Shown in pieces: positions 1-9,501 of a stretch of DNA of 51,903 nucleotides. Under the pieces are notes generated by a model. It worked only from the letters and a program-made list of their open reading frames with translations. It was not told the origin of the DNA and ran no database searches. The stretch's first letter is position 1, and the number at the start of each line of letters is the position of its first letter. Made by a program: the position numbers and the translations under genes. Origin of the DNA: an uncultured Candidatus Sericytochromatia bacterium (lineage in GTDB: Bacteria > Cyanobacteriota > Sericytochromatia > UBA7694); the NCBI GenBank assembly GCA_964342365.1, contig CAYFGW010000002.1, forward strand, positions 1-51,903, read 5' to 3'.

Positions 1-190
1 ACTCCAGATTGTTTTCAGTGTAGCGGGCTTCTTTTTTTTCAACGGTAACCCCGGGCCAGTTGCCCACTTTTAAGCGACTGGCGCTAATGCGATTAATGAG
101 CGCTGTTTTGCCTACGTTTGGGTTGCCCGCAAAGGCCACCGTCAGGGTTTGAGTTTCAGAGGCCGGTGTATTCGGCACGGGAGCTGACAT
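1..190 (-). CDS. feoB: Ferrous iron transporter FeoB, N-terminal G-domain fragment (gene runs off the window edge)
   Basis: Not in the ORF track because it is edge-truncated. Reverse-strand translation from ATG 190..188 reads [63 protein letters not shown]. This contains the G1 motif GNPNVGKT and the [11 protein letters not shown] motif typical of FeoB. The gene starts 3 nt after the feoA stop. Confidence 0.85.
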   Translation of the reverse strand, partial: MSAPVPNTPASETQTLTVAFAGNPNVGKTALINRISASRLKVGNWPGVTVEKKEARYTENNLE

Positions 191-193
191 GAT

Positions 194-511
194 TTACCCC
201 TTGCAAGCCTCGGCTGCGATGGTAAAAGAGTTGGACAGTCGCAACCCCATGCACATATGACCGTGTTTGACCATGAGAGATTGGCCCTGTTTTCTCAGGA
301 TTTGTACCTCACGCCCGGGAAAAATGCCCATAGAGGCCAGACGATGGCAGTGGGCCGGATCGCCGTCGATAGCAGTAATGCGGACGCGGGTGCCGCCGGG
401 AAAGTTTTCAATAGCTTCAGACATGGGTTTGAGATGTGAAAGAGTTTGTTCCGTTGAGGTGCGAAAAAGAAAATTGCGTGTGGAGGTAAGCAAGGATTGA
501 GACACGGACAT
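194..511 (-). CDS. feoA: FeoA-domain protein
   Basis: 105-aa ORF. Its C-terminal ~75 aa (GTRVRITAIDGDPAHCHRLASMGIFPGREVQILRKQGQSLMVKHGHMCMGLRL) fit the FeoA SH3-like pattern, and it lies immediately upstream of feoB. An AGGT Shine-Dalgarno-like sequence sits ~6 nt before ATG 511. ATG at 424 is an alternative start. Confidence 0.75.
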   Translation of the reverse strand: MSVSQSLLTSTRNFLFRTSTEQTLSHLKPMSEAIENFPGGTRVRITAIDGDPAHCHRLASMGIFPGREVQILRKQGQSLMVKHGHMCMGLRLSNSFTIAAEACKG

Positions 512-773
512 TTTTTACCTACTTAATGGCTTTCAATTAGCGATTTAATAAAACAATAACCTAAACATAAATAAAATATCAATCCTCTGTCAATCAAGCA
601 AGTCCTAAATTTATGCCTAATACGTTCATTAATTATTCTTTTTACTTCTAAAAATTAGTTATTGAATGAAAAAATACTTTGAAACGTCTCTAAAATAAGT
701 ATTTTCAGGTTTCGCGCTCCTAAAACAAAGAAAAAACGATCGGCAACTCAATATTTTTCCGTTATTTTTTCAA

Positions 774-800
774 ATTAATTTCTTGTTTTTTGAAATTAAT
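774..800. promoter_or_regulatory. Perfect 9-bp inverted repeat ATTAATTTC-N9-GAAATTAAT in the feoA/flavodoxin divergent control region (candidate operator)
   Basis: Read directly: 774..782 ATTAATTTC and 792..800 GAAATTAAT are exact reverse complements. The very AT-rich context lowers the significance. Confidence 0.3.
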
Positions 801-932
801 CTTTATGCTTGTATATAACATTTTTAGAGATTAAAAAAAATCATTAGTTATTTATAAATAAAAAACAAAAAACAACTAATGAACGTAATAGACACTTAAA
901 TCATTGACACAGTCTATCAACCTCATTAAGAT

Positions 933-1298
933 ATGGGTACAGATTATGAACGAGGGAACTTCATGAAAGATTGTCAGGCCAAACATTTTGAAAGCCAACG
1001 CTACACCGCGTGCTGGTGCCCTGAATGTGATCAGGTAAAAGTCAAATGCGGCAACGTTTTACTGCCCTTTAAAACCAAACAGGTAGAACCTTTTTTAACG
1101 TTTTTAGAAGATATGTACAAGCGTCAAATCAGCGAGCAAAAAAAGAAAAGCGTTCAGTTTAAGTTTGCGGAACTGTCTTTTACCTTCATGGCCGACGAAC
1201 TGGAAGATCTGACTGATTTACTTCGCATGGTCAAAATAGAAATCCAGCGCGAACAACTTGAGGCGCTGTTTTATTCAGGAGAAAGACATATCGCATGA
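933..1298 (+). CDS. Hypothetical small Cys-rich protein, translationally coupled to flavodoxin
   Basis: 121-aa ORF (alternative ATG at 963). The N-terminus carries C-x13-CWCPEC-x7-C (MKDCQAKHFESQRYTACWCPECDQVKVKC). Its stop overlaps the flavodoxin start as ATGA at 1295..1298. I recognise no family. Confidence 0.5.
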   Translation: MGTDYERGNFMKDCQAKHFESQRYTACWCPECDQVKVKCGNVLLPFKTKQVEPFLTFLEDMYKRQISEQKKKSVQFKFAELSFTFMADELEDLTDLLRMVKIEIQREQLEALFYSGERHIA

Positions 1299-1798
1299 GC
1301 AAACTGGGCGTTTTTTATGGTTCAGAAACCGGCAATACTGAAGAAATTGCCGGAGAAATCGCAGAGTACTTTGATATTGAGGCACAGGACATTCGCAACG
1401 TTCCCGTTTCAAAGTGGCCCGAATATTCGCACCTGATTCTGGGGATTCCCACCTGGAATGACGGAGAGCTTCAGGGAGACTGGTACGATATTTTTGACGA
1501 TCTGGAAGAAGAAGATTTTTCCAATACCCAGGTCGCCCTGTTTGGCCTGGGCGATCAGTTTGGCTACCCCTACACGTTTCTGGATGCAGCGGGACTGCTG
1601 TATGAAAAATTACAGGAACAGGGCGCATCTTTTGCAGGCCTTATTAGCCCGGAAGGCTACGACTTTTCAGAATCTAAAGCATTAATTGACGGAAAGTTAG
1701 TGTGCTTAGGCCTTGATTATGAGAATCAGGAAGAACTCAACGAAGAACGCATCGAAAATTGGGTGGAACAAATTAAAAAAGAAGGTTTTGTTTTTTAA
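1295..1798 (+). CDS. fldA: Long-chain flavodoxin
   Basis: 167 aa. N-terminal FMN-phosphate loop MSKLGVFYGSETGNTEEIA. The motifs GIPTWNDGELQGDW and ALFGLGDQFGYP are typical of FldA/IsiB-type flavodoxins. Confidence 0.9.
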   Translation: MSKLGVFYGSETGNTEEIAGEIAEYFDIEAQDIRNVPVSKWPEYSHLILGIPTWNDGELQGDWYDIFDDLEEEDFSNTQVALFGLGDQFGYPYTFLDAAGLLYEKLQEQGASFAGLISPEGYDFSESKALIDGKLVCLGLDYENQEELNEERIENWVEQIKKEGFVF

Positions 1799-1833
1799 AT
1801 CGTTTTGCAACGATCGTATTTTTTCAAATGCTT

Positions 1834-1867
1834 ACCGGAAAACTCAAAAAGTTTTCCGGTTTTTTTC
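1834..1867 (+). terminator. Rho-independent terminator after flavodoxin
   Basis: Perfect 10-bp stem ACCGGAAAAC (1834..1843) / GTTTTCCGGT (1851..1860) with a 7-nt loop, followed by T7 (1861..1867). Confidence 0.8.
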
Positions 1868-1977
1868 TCTCAGTGTACCTTAGTAGCCTTCTTTACAAAA
1901 TCTATACAGTTTTAAAATATCTGTTTACATTCTGGTACATCACTTTTGCTATTCTGATGTATCGAAAGCAGGGTGTT

Positions 1978-3198
1978 ATGCTCATCAAATCCCATTTTTC
2001 TCAACCGCGTTGGCTCATTTTCTGTTCAGGACTTGTACTGACCGGCCTTTTGTTTTTTCAGTCTACCGCCGATTCACAGCAAAAACGCCCCAGAGGCCCC
2101 TCAGCTACCCTTGTGGAGGCAGAAGCTCCTTCCCGACGGACGCTGAAACAAGTACTGAGACTGGCAGGAACCGCCACGGCCGCATCCCGCTTTACCCTGA
2201 CTTCTCAAACTTCAGGCCGTCTCCTCTCTTTGCCGGTACAGGTGGGACAATACGTTAAAAAAGGTCAGCTCATTGCCCAGATGGAAGCTCAGACCTTTCA
2301 ACAAGATATGCGTCAAATTGAGGCAGATCTGGCAGTACTAAAAGCACAGAAAAAAGAAGCCCAGGCGACCCTCACGTTGGCAGAAAAAGAGTTTGACCGG
2401 GACGCCACGCTGTACACCAAAAAACTGGTATCAAAAACTGAACTGGACACTTCACGCACCACCCTGGAAACCCAGCGTTCACGCCTGAGCGTTTTAGAGG
2501 CCCAGCTACAACAAAAAAAAGTGGCCCTTCAGGGAGGAGCTCTGCGCCTCTCTGATACAAAAATTTACGCCCGCTGGCCCGGCCAGGCCGCTCACGTGGT
2601 GAGTAAACGCTTTGTGGATGCCGGCGCCATTATGTCCGCCAATACTCCCCTGGTGGAGTGTGTCAGTCTCGATCCCATTGTGGTACGCACCTCGGTATCT
2701 GAAAAAGAATTCACGCAGTTAAACACGGGGCAAAAAGTGAATTTGCGCAGCGATGCTTACCCGGGCAGAACCTTTGGAGGAGCCGTGGCGCGCATTGCCC
2801 CTGTTCTTGATCCCGAGACCCGCAATGGGGAAGTAGAAATTCAAGTTCCCAACCCCGAACACTTACTCAAACCCGGCATGTTTTTACAAGGCGAACTCAT
2901 TATCGCCACCCGTGTCAACGTACCCACACTCCCCCGTGCCGCCCTGGTAGAGAAAGAAGTTAATCAATCTAACGTGACGGGCGTCTTTTTACTGAAGTCA
3001 CAAGATGAAGGCCAAAAGGTCAGCTTTGTGCCCGTCAAAACGGGCTTTGAAGAAGCGGGTTTTGTAGAAATTATGTCGCCAGATATTCAGGGAAAGGTGG
3101 TCACGCTGGGCAACCATCTGTTACAGGACGGAAGTCTGGTGCGCTTACCTCAATCCCGTAAGCTCAAAACCCGTGCCTCCCGGAGCAAACGCCCCTGA
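1978..3198 (+). CDS. RND efflux periplasmic adaptor (membrane fusion protein, HlyD/AcrA family)
   Basis: The track ORF runs 1828..3198, but the first 50 codons span the flavodoxin terminator. ATG 1978 (preceded by AGGGTG) gives MLIKSHFSQPRWLIFCSGLVLTGLLFF, a membrane anchor. A lipoyl-like motif (GRLLSLPVQVGQYVKKGQLIAQME), a coiled-coil hairpin and a beta-barrel region follow. The stop overlaps the RND pump start. Confidence 0.85.
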   Translation: MLIKSHFSQPRWLIFCSGLVLTGLLFFQSTADSQQKRPRGPSATLVEAEAPSRRTLKQVLRLAGTATAASRFTLTSQTSGRLLSLPVQVGQYVKKGQLIAQMEAQTFQQDMRQIEADLAVLKAQKKEAQATLTLAEKEFDRDATLYTKKLVSKTELDTSRTTLETQRSRLSVLEAQLQQKKVALQGGALRLSDTKIYARWPGQAAHVVSKRFVDAGAIMSANTPLVECVSLDPIVVRTSVSEKEFTQLNTGQKVNLRSDAYPGRTFGGAVARIAPVLDPETRNGEVEIQVPNPEHLLKPGMFLQGELIIATRVNVPTLPRAALVEKEVNQSNVTGVFLLKSQDEGQKVSFVPVKTGFEEAGFVEIMSPDIQGKVVTLGNHLLQDGSLVRLPQSRKLKTRASRSKRP

Positions 3199-6100
3199 TG
3201 TCACGTTTTTTTATTCTACGTCCCGTATTTACCCTGATGAGTATTTTGATTGTCATAGTACTGGGTGCCGTTTGTATCAGCCGTCTGCCCGTGGATCTGG
3301 TGCCGGACGTTTCCTTTCCCACTTTGAGTATTTCCACCAATTATACCGGCGCGGGCCCCGCCGAAATTGAGGAACTTATTACGCGCCCCATTGAAGAAGC
3401 CGCGGGCTCCGTGCCCGGCGTCGAGGAAATCACTTCTGAATCCCGGGAAGGCAATAGCCGGGTGCGCGTCACGTTTAATTTTGGCAGCGACCTTTCTGAG
3501 GCGGCCAATGATTTAAGAGAACGCATTGATCGCATTGTCAGCCGTTTGCCTGAAGATGCGGAACGCCCTCAGCTGCTCAAATTTGATCTGGCCAGTTTTC
3601 CCATTGTTATTCTGGGCGTAGAAAGCGATCTTAACGACATTCAAACCGCTGAACTCATTGATAATGAGATCAAAAATCGCCTGGAGCGCATTGGGGGTGT
3701 GGCTTCCATGAGTGCTCTGGGGGGGCTGATCCGGGAAATTCACGTGGATTTGGACGTGAATCGTTTAGAGGCTTTAAAAATCCCTCTGAATCAGATTGAG
3801 AATCGTCTGGAAGCCGCAAATTTACAGGTGCCCGCCGGTTATCTGGATAAGGGCACCTCTCGCATGTTGCTGCGAACCCAGGAAGAATTTAAGAGTCTTG
3901 AAGAGATCAAAAACACAATTATTGCCGTTCGCAACACCACGCCCATCTATTTGTATCAGGTGGCCGCTGTTAAAGATACGTATCAGGAAATCACCAGCCG
4001 GGTCCGCGTCAACGGAAAAAACGGCATTCGCCTGGCCATTCAAAAACAGTCTGGCACCAACACGGTGGAAGTGGCCCGGAACGTGGTGGCAGCGGTAAAA
4101 ACGATTAACGAAGATCTCCCTCAGATCAGGCTCTCGGTGCTGGTGGACACCTCTACTTTTATTTTACGCTCCCTTACAAACGTGGCCATGTCCGTGCTCT
4201 TTGGCGGCCTGCTGGCGGTGGTGGTGCTGTACTTTTTTCTGGGCAGTTTTCGCACCACCCTGATTATGGGCACGGCCATCCCCATTTCTATTGTCTCCAC
4301 CTTTATTCTGATGTACTTTGCCGGATTTACCCTGAATGTAATTACCCTGGGCGGACTGGCCCTGGGGGTGGGACTGCTGGTAGACAATGCCATTGTGGTG
4401 TTAGAAAACATTGTGCGCAATCGCCAGGAGGGTGCAGTGCCTCTGGACGCCGCCATTCAGGGAACGCAGGAAGTAAGTGCTGCGATTCTGGCGTCAACAC
4501 TCACCACCATGGCGGTGTTTTTGCCCCTGGTGTTTGTGCGGGGCATTTCCGGCGTGACTTACCAGCGGCTGGGCATGGTGGTAAGTTTTGCGCTTATTTC
4601 ATCTTTGCTGATGGCCTTAACCCTGGTGCCCATGCTGACCGCACGCCTGCTGGGAGGCAAAAAGCCCATGCGCGTAAAAGCACATCGCCCCGTGCTGCAA
4701 AAACTGGATCGCCACTACCGGAGCGTGCTCAAAAAGGTGTTGCGGTGGCGTTGGGGTGTTTTAGGGGTGGCGCTCTGCTGCCTCGTAGGAAGTCTGTTGC
4801 TGGCCCGCACGCTGGGGGTGGAATTTATTCCCGAAAGCGACGAAGGCGAGGTGCGCATTAGCGGTGAAATGAAGGTGGGTACGCGACTGGAAGTGGTTTC
4901 AGAGCAATTCAGAGCCCTGGAACGGGTGGTCAGAGAACAAGTACCCGAAGCCACCGACGTGCTCACTGAACTGGGTGCCACGGGTTTTGGGGGAGCGGAC
5001 GCCGCTTACAAGGGCCAGATGCGTATTTACTTAAAACCCCAACGGGAGCGCAGTCGTTCCAGTGCGGACATTGCTAACGCCCTGCGCGAGCCCCTGTCTC
5101 AGTTTCCCGGCCTCTCTGTACGCACCCGACCGGGCTCCTCCTTTTTTGTGTTTCGTTTATTGAGCGGTGGAGGCAACAATGAACGGGTACAAATCGAAAT
5201 CAAAGGCTACGACACGGAAACGGCCTTTGCCCTGGCCGAACAGGTGCAGGCACAAATCAAAGATATTCCGGGCATTTCTGACAGTCAACTCAGTCGAGAT
5301 CTGGGCAGCCCCGAAACCAATATTGTGGTGGATCGCATCAAGGCCGAATCCCTGGGTTTGAGTGTTTCAGACATTGGCAGAACCTTGCAAACCCTGATGA
5401 CAGGGTCCATTGCCAATAGCTTCAGAGCGGGAGGCAACGAGTACAATATCCGCCTGAAAATTGCCGATGCCTCCAGTGAATCGCTGGAGCGTTTGCTGCG
5501 TTTGCCCGTTTATACTCCCGCCGGACAGCCTATTATGCTTAAAAACGTGGTGTCGGTCACCACCCGCACGGGCCCTGTAAGTATTGAACGTAAAGATCAG
5601 GAGCGTGTCCTCACGGTGCGGGCCAACGTGGTGGAGCGACCGCTAAATGAGGTGTTGGCAGATGTCCAGACCCAAATTCAGAGCCTGTCTCCCCCTCAGG
5701 GGTTCACGGTGCTGCTGGCCGGAGATATAGAAGAGCAGCAAAAATCCTTTCGCGATTTGCTGTTGGGACTTATTTTGTCTCTGGTGCTGGTGTATATGAT
5801 TATGGCAGCCCAGTACGAATCCCTGCTGGATCCACTGGTGGTCATGTTTTCGGTGCCGCTGGCAGCCATTGGGGTGGTGCTGGCCCTTCGTTTAACCAAC
5901 ACCACCTTTAACCTGCAGTCTTTTATTGGCTGTATTATGCTCGGGGGTATTGTGGTGAACAACGCCATTATTCTGGTGGACCAGATCAGCCAACTGCGCC
6001 GTGAAGGGATGGCGCTCAGGGCAGCCATCGAAGAAGCGGGCTACCGGCGGCTGCGTCCCATTTTAATGACCTCACTGACCACCGCCCTGGGACTGTTGCC

Positions 6101-6278
6101 TCTGGCGCTGGGTATTGGAGAGGGCTCAGAAACCCAGGCTCCCATGGCCCGTACGGTTATTGGCGGGCTTATGGTATCCACCTTTCTCACCCTGTTTGTG
6201 GTGCCGGTGATTTATCTGGTGCTCGAACGCTTTCGCCCCACACCGGCCCCGACCCTGGAGGACGCCGCTCATGTATAA
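3198..6278 (+). CDS. RND efflux pump inner-membrane permease (AcrB/AcrD/AcrF family)
   Basis: 1026 aa. The N-terminus MSRFFILRPVFTLMSILIVIVLGAVCISRLPVDLVPDVSFPTLSISTNYTGAGPAEIEE is canonical for the family. It has a 12-TM architecture with two large periplasmic loops, and the motif GLLVDNAIVVLENI is repeated as GIVVNNAIILVDQI. Confidence 0.95.
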   Translation: MSRFFILRPVFTLMSILIVIVLGAVCISRLPVDLVPDVSFPTLSISTNYTGAGPAEIEELITRPIEEAAGSVPGVEEITSESREGNSRVRVTFNFGSDLSEAANDLRERIDRIVSRLPEDAERPQLLKFDLASFPIVILGVESDLNDIQTAELIDNEIKNRLERIGGVASMSALGGLIREIHVDLDVNRLEALKIPLNQIENRLEAANLQVPAGYLDKGTSRMLLRTQEEFKSLEEIKNTIIAVRNTTPIYLYQVAAVKDTYQEITSRVRVNGKNGIRLAIQKQSGTNTVEVARNVVAAVKTINEDLPQIRLSVLVDTSTFILRSLTNVAMSVLFGGLLAVVVLYFFLGSFRTTLIMGTAIPISIVSTFILMYFAGFTLNVITLGGLALGVGLLVDNAIVVLENIVRNRQEGAVPLDAAIQGTQEVSAAILASTLTTMAVFLPLVFVRGISGVTYQRLGMVVSFALISSLLMALTLVPMLTARLLGGKKPMRVKAHRPVLQKLDRHYRSVLKKVLRWRWGVLGVALCCLVGSLLLARTLGVEFIPESDEGEVRISGEMKVGTRLEVVSEQFRALERVVREQVPEATDVLTELGATGFGGADAAYKGQMRIYLKPQRERSRSSADIANALREPLSQFPGLSVRTRPGSSFFVFRLLSGGGNNERVQIEIKGYDTETAFALAEQVQAQIKDIPGISDSQLSRDLGSPETNIVVDRIKAESLGLSVSDIGRTLQTLMTGSIANSFRAGGNEYNIRLKIADASSESLERLLRLPVYTPAGQPIMLKNVVSVTTRTGPVSIERKDQERVLTVRANVVERPLNEVLADVQTQIQSLSPPQGFTVLLAGDIEEQQKSFRDLLLGLILSLVLVYMIMAAQYESLLDPLVVMFSVPLAAIGVVLALRLTNTTFNLQSFIGCIMLGGIVVNNAIILVDQISQLRREGMALRAAIEEAGYRRLRPILMTSLTTALGLLPLALGIGEGSETQAPMARTVIGGLMVSTFLTLFVVPVIYLVLERFRPTPAPTLEDAAHV

Positions 6279-7779
6279 ACGCAACCTACTTCTGTTGAGC
6301 CTTGTTATTATCAGCTTTTGCCGGGGGCTGTGTTCACCGGTATTGGCCATTTCGCGAACGGATCAGACGCTAACCCTCACCCTACAAGAAGCGGTCTTAA
6401 TGGCCCTCGAAAACAATGAGAGCCTCAGGTTTGAACGTCAAACCCCTGCGATCGCCGCAGAGCGCCTGAAAGAGCAAGAGGCGGTGTTTGATCCCAATCT
6501 GGTGGTCGAAAGTCAAATAAGTGCCGAAAACGCGCAGCGTTTGTTGGGGGCTTCTACAGAGTTTCTGGATATTTTTTCCACGGCCCAGGATTACAGCCTG
6601 GGACTGGAAAAAACCTTTGCCACCGGTAGTCAGCTCAGTTTAAGTGTGGCCACTAACGCCATCAATCGCAGTCTGGCCAACGGCAGCAGCAATCAGCAGG
6701 TGTCTCGTCTGGGTTTGAGTTTTACCCAGGCCCTTTTACAGGGAAGAGACCCGGCGGTTAATACAGCCCTGATTCGCGAGGCGGAGCTAGAAACCCAGCT
6801 GGTGAGCCACAATCTGCGAGGATTCGCTGAAGCCCTGGTGGCCAGCACCGAAAACGCCTTCTGGGACTATTTACTGGCCGGACAACAGCTTAAAATGCGT
6901 GAACTGGCGTTACAACTCACCCAACAAGAATTAAAAAACACCCGTGAACGCATTGCGGTAGGGCGGGTTGCGGGTATTGAAGAAGTAACCTTACAAACCG
7001 AAGTGGGGCTTCGACAGCAAGAGGTGATCACCGCGCGAGGAAATCAGCGCCAGCGCGAACTGGAACTGCTGCGTTTGCTCAATCCGTCTTCTGAGCAGCA
7101 CAACTGGTCAGACTACACCCTACGCCTGACAGAACCTGTAGCCGTGCCTGAGGTGCAACTGGATGTGCTGCCCCAACATATCCGTCTGGCGCTTCAGCAG
7201 CGTCCTGAATTAAAAGAAGCTCAAACCCTGGCTGAGCAAAGAAAACTGACGGTCGTGAGAACTCGTGACGGTCTGCTGCCCGTCCTGGACGTGTTTTTGC
7301 TGCTGGGTAAAACCGGTTATGCTGAATCTTTTCTGGGGTCTATTGGCAACCTGACGGGCAACGGCTTTGATTTTGCCACAGGATTTCGCTTTGCCTATCC
7401 GCTGGGAGCCCGCGCCGAAGAAGCCCGTTACGCCACGGCACAATTACAGGCGGAACAGCAAACCGCCGCTATTGAAAACCTGAAGCAGCAAATTGCGCTG
7501 GATTTACACCGGGGATATTTACAGATCACCCTGGCCCGGGAACAAATCGCCGCCGTCAAGTCTACCCGGATTTTACAACAAACCCGCTTCAACGCGGAAC
7601 AGGAGCGTTACCGGGTAGGTCGCACGAGCGCGTTTCAGCTCGTGCTAGTTCAGCGCGATTTGTTAAATGCTCAGATTCAAGAAGCAGAAGCCCTGATCAA
7701 TTATCTCAAGGCCCTCACGAATTTTTACCGCTTTGAGGGCACTCTCTTAAAGCGACACGGCATTACCAGCATTCAATAA
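6271..7779 (+). CDS. TolC-family outer membrane efflux protein
   Basis: 502 aa with a signal peptide (LLLLSLVIISFCRGLCSPVLA). The LTLQEAVLMALENNESLR start is typical of OMF proteins, and the helical repeat is duplicated. It overlaps the pump gene by 8 nt. Confidence 0.85.
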   Translation: MYKRNLLLLSLVIISFCRGLCSPVLAISRTDQTLTLTLQEAVLMALENNESLRFERQTPAIAAERLKEQEAVFDPNLVVESQISAENAQRLLGASTEFLDIFSTAQDYSLGLEKTFATGSQLSLSVATNAINRSLANGSSNQQVSRLGLSFTQALLQGRDPAVNTALIREAELETQLVSHNLRGFAEALVASTENAFWDYLLAGQQLKMRELALQLTQQELKNTRERIAVGRVAGIEEVTLQTEVGLRQQEVITARGNQRQRELELLRLLNPSSEQHNWSDYTLRLTEPVAVPEVQLDVLPQHIRLALQQRPELKEAQTLAEQRKLTVVRTRDGLLPVLDVFLLLGKTGYAESFLGSIGNLTGNGFDFATGFRFAYPLGARAEEARYATAQLQAEQQTAAIENLKQQIALDLHRGYLQITLAREQIAAVKSTRILQQTRFNAEQERYRVGRTSAFQLVLVQRDLLNAQIQEAEALINYLKALTNFYRFEGTLLKRHGITSIQ

Positions 7780-7782
7780 CGC

Positions 7783-9501
7783 TTACTTCTGGCGAGGAAA
7801 CTCGCCGGCATCCAGCTTTTTGAAGTAATTGTCCATTTCACGAATGGCCAGATAGCCCATAATTAGCAGGATAGGCATATTGGCCCAGAGCATCCAGCCA
7901 GTACCAAAGTCCGCCAGAATTCCCAGTTCCTTATCGGTGGTAATGAGTACTGGTGCAGCCAGCGTACCCAGCAAGAAAATCGCTTTATACAACAATACGC
8001 CTTTGTTACCAAAAATGAAGACCACGCCCTGCTCGCCGTAATAGCTCCAGGAAATCATGGTAGACACCGCAAAGAGAATGGCAGCAATGGTAATCAACCA
8101 TTTGCCTAAACCCGGAAAGGCTCTGTCAAAGGCGTGACCGGTGAGACTGGCTCCCACAAAATTGCGGTAAATACGCTGATCGGCCTTGCCATCGGTCATG
8201 ATAAAGGTGGCTCCCGGCGGTACGTCTCCCCACTTCACATAGTTCTGAGACGCCACTTCACCGGCAGTAATCGTTCCGTAAATCTTTTCCCGTTTGGGTT
8301 GACCGTCTTCACCGGGAACGTTCACCATCATAAAGATTTGAGACCCCGGCTGCCATTGCTCCCAGGAGGCCAATTCCGGTAAATCAGACACTTTATTGGG
8401 GGCCTGTAGAGCAAGTTTGCTTTCGGTTTCCGCACTTTCTACAATCACGGCGGGTCCGCTCAATTCCCCAATGGGCTCACGGTTCCAGGTGCCCGTGCAT
8501 AAAATCACGAGGGCTGTCAGCGTACAAATTAAAATGGTGTCAATCAGGGGCTCCAGACCGGCCACAACGCCTTCACGGGTGGCTTCAGTGGTTTTGGCTG
8601 CTGAGTGAGCAATAGGTGCAGAACCCTGTCCCGCTTCATTAGAAAACAGGGCCCGCTGTAAACCGATTTCAAAGGTGGCGTACATGCCAACGCCCACGAA
8701 GGCACCACCAGCAGCCACGGGGCTAAAGGCACTTTTGACAATCAAAGCCAGCATGGCGGGAATCTGACCAATATTCATGGCCAGCACGGCCAGACCGGCC
8801 AGCACATACAGCGCACACATAAAGGGCACAATTTTGCCCGCCACGTCGCCAATGCGCTTAATTCCACCCACAATCACCATGCCCACCACAATGGAGAGCA
8901 CAATACCTGTGGCCAGCTGGGGCACGCCGAAATAAATATTGAGAATTTCACCCACGTTCCAGGACTGGAACATATTGCCCCCGGTCATGCTGGAAATAAG
9001 CAGAGTACAGCAAAAGAAGACCGCCAGCACGCGGGCCAGTCCCTTGCGCCAGTCTCCATGTTTGCCCAAGGTTTTATCAATCACCCACATGGCTCCCCCG
9101 TGAGGATTATTGGGATCATCGGTGTTCCGGTACATCAGGGCTAAGGTCACCTCAACGGTTTTGATGGCCATGCCTAAAAAGCCTACTACCCACATCCAGA
9201 ACAATGCGCCCGGGCCGCCCAGAGCAATGGCCATGGCTACCCCGCCAATATTGCCCAGCCCCACCGTAGCAGAGAGGGCCGCAGACAGGGCCTGAAAGTG
9301 ATTAATGGCTCCCGGATCGTCAGGGTCATCGTAAACCCCTCTGACCACGTCGATACCGTGGGATACGGCACGATACTGTACAAATTTGGTCCAGATCGTA
9401 AAGAGGATGCCGGAGCCCATGAGAACAAAGAAAGTCCAGGGGCCCCATAAAAAGCCAGAAATACTGCTCATCAGGTCTAAAATAATCAAGGTGATCTCCA
9501 A
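7783..9501 (-). CDS. Alanine/glycine:cation symporter (AGCS family) with an inserted extramembrane domain
   Basis: 572 aa with AGCS hallmarks: FQALSAALSATVGLGNIGGVAMAIALGGPGALFWMWVVGFLGMAIK, FSNEAGQGSAPIAHSAAKT and FAVSTMISWSYYGE. The track start at 9501 is a TTG codon, and ATG at 9471 is an alternative. An atypical ~110-aa segment occupies residues ~341-450. Confidence 0.85.
   Translation of the reverse strand: MEITLIILDLMSSISGFLWGPWTFFVLMGSGILFTIWTKFVQYRAVSHGIDVVRGVYDDPDDPGAINHFQALSAALSATVGLGNIGGVAMAIALGGPGALFWMWVVGFLGMAIKTVEVTLALMYRNTDDPNNPHGGAMWVIDKTLGKHGDWRKGLARVLAVFFCCTLLISSMTGGNMFQSWNVGEILNIYFGVPQLATGIVLSIVVGMVIVGGIKRIGDVAGKIVPFMCALYVLAGLAVLAMNIGQIPAMLALIVKSAFSPVAAGGAFVGVGMYATFEIGLQRALFSNEAGQGSAPIAHSAAKTTEATREGVVAGLEPLIDTILICTLTALVILCTGTWNREPIGELSGPAVIVESAETESKLALQAPNKVSDLPELASWEQWQPGSQIFMMVNVPGEDGQPKREKIYGTITAGEVASQNYVKWGDVPPGATFIMTDGKADQRIYRNFVGASLTGHAFDRAFPGLGKWLITIAAILFAVSTMISWSYYGEQGVVFIFGNKGVLLYKAIFLLGTLAAPVLITTDKELGILADFGTGWMLWANMPILLIMGYLAIREMDNYFKKLDAGEFPRQK

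Noticed and set aside
619-640. Fur box at TAATACGTTCATTAATTATTC
   Set aside because: It matches only about 10 of 19 positions of the GATAATGATAATCATTATC consensus by hand alignment. In DNA this AT-rich, that is not distinguishable from chance.
1828-1977. N-terminal 50-codon extension of the RND adaptor ORF
   Set aside because: It would read straight through the strong flavodoxin terminator (1834..1867), and its sequence is low-complexity and hydrophobic. ATG 1978 has an SD-like AGGG and yields a normal membrane anchor.
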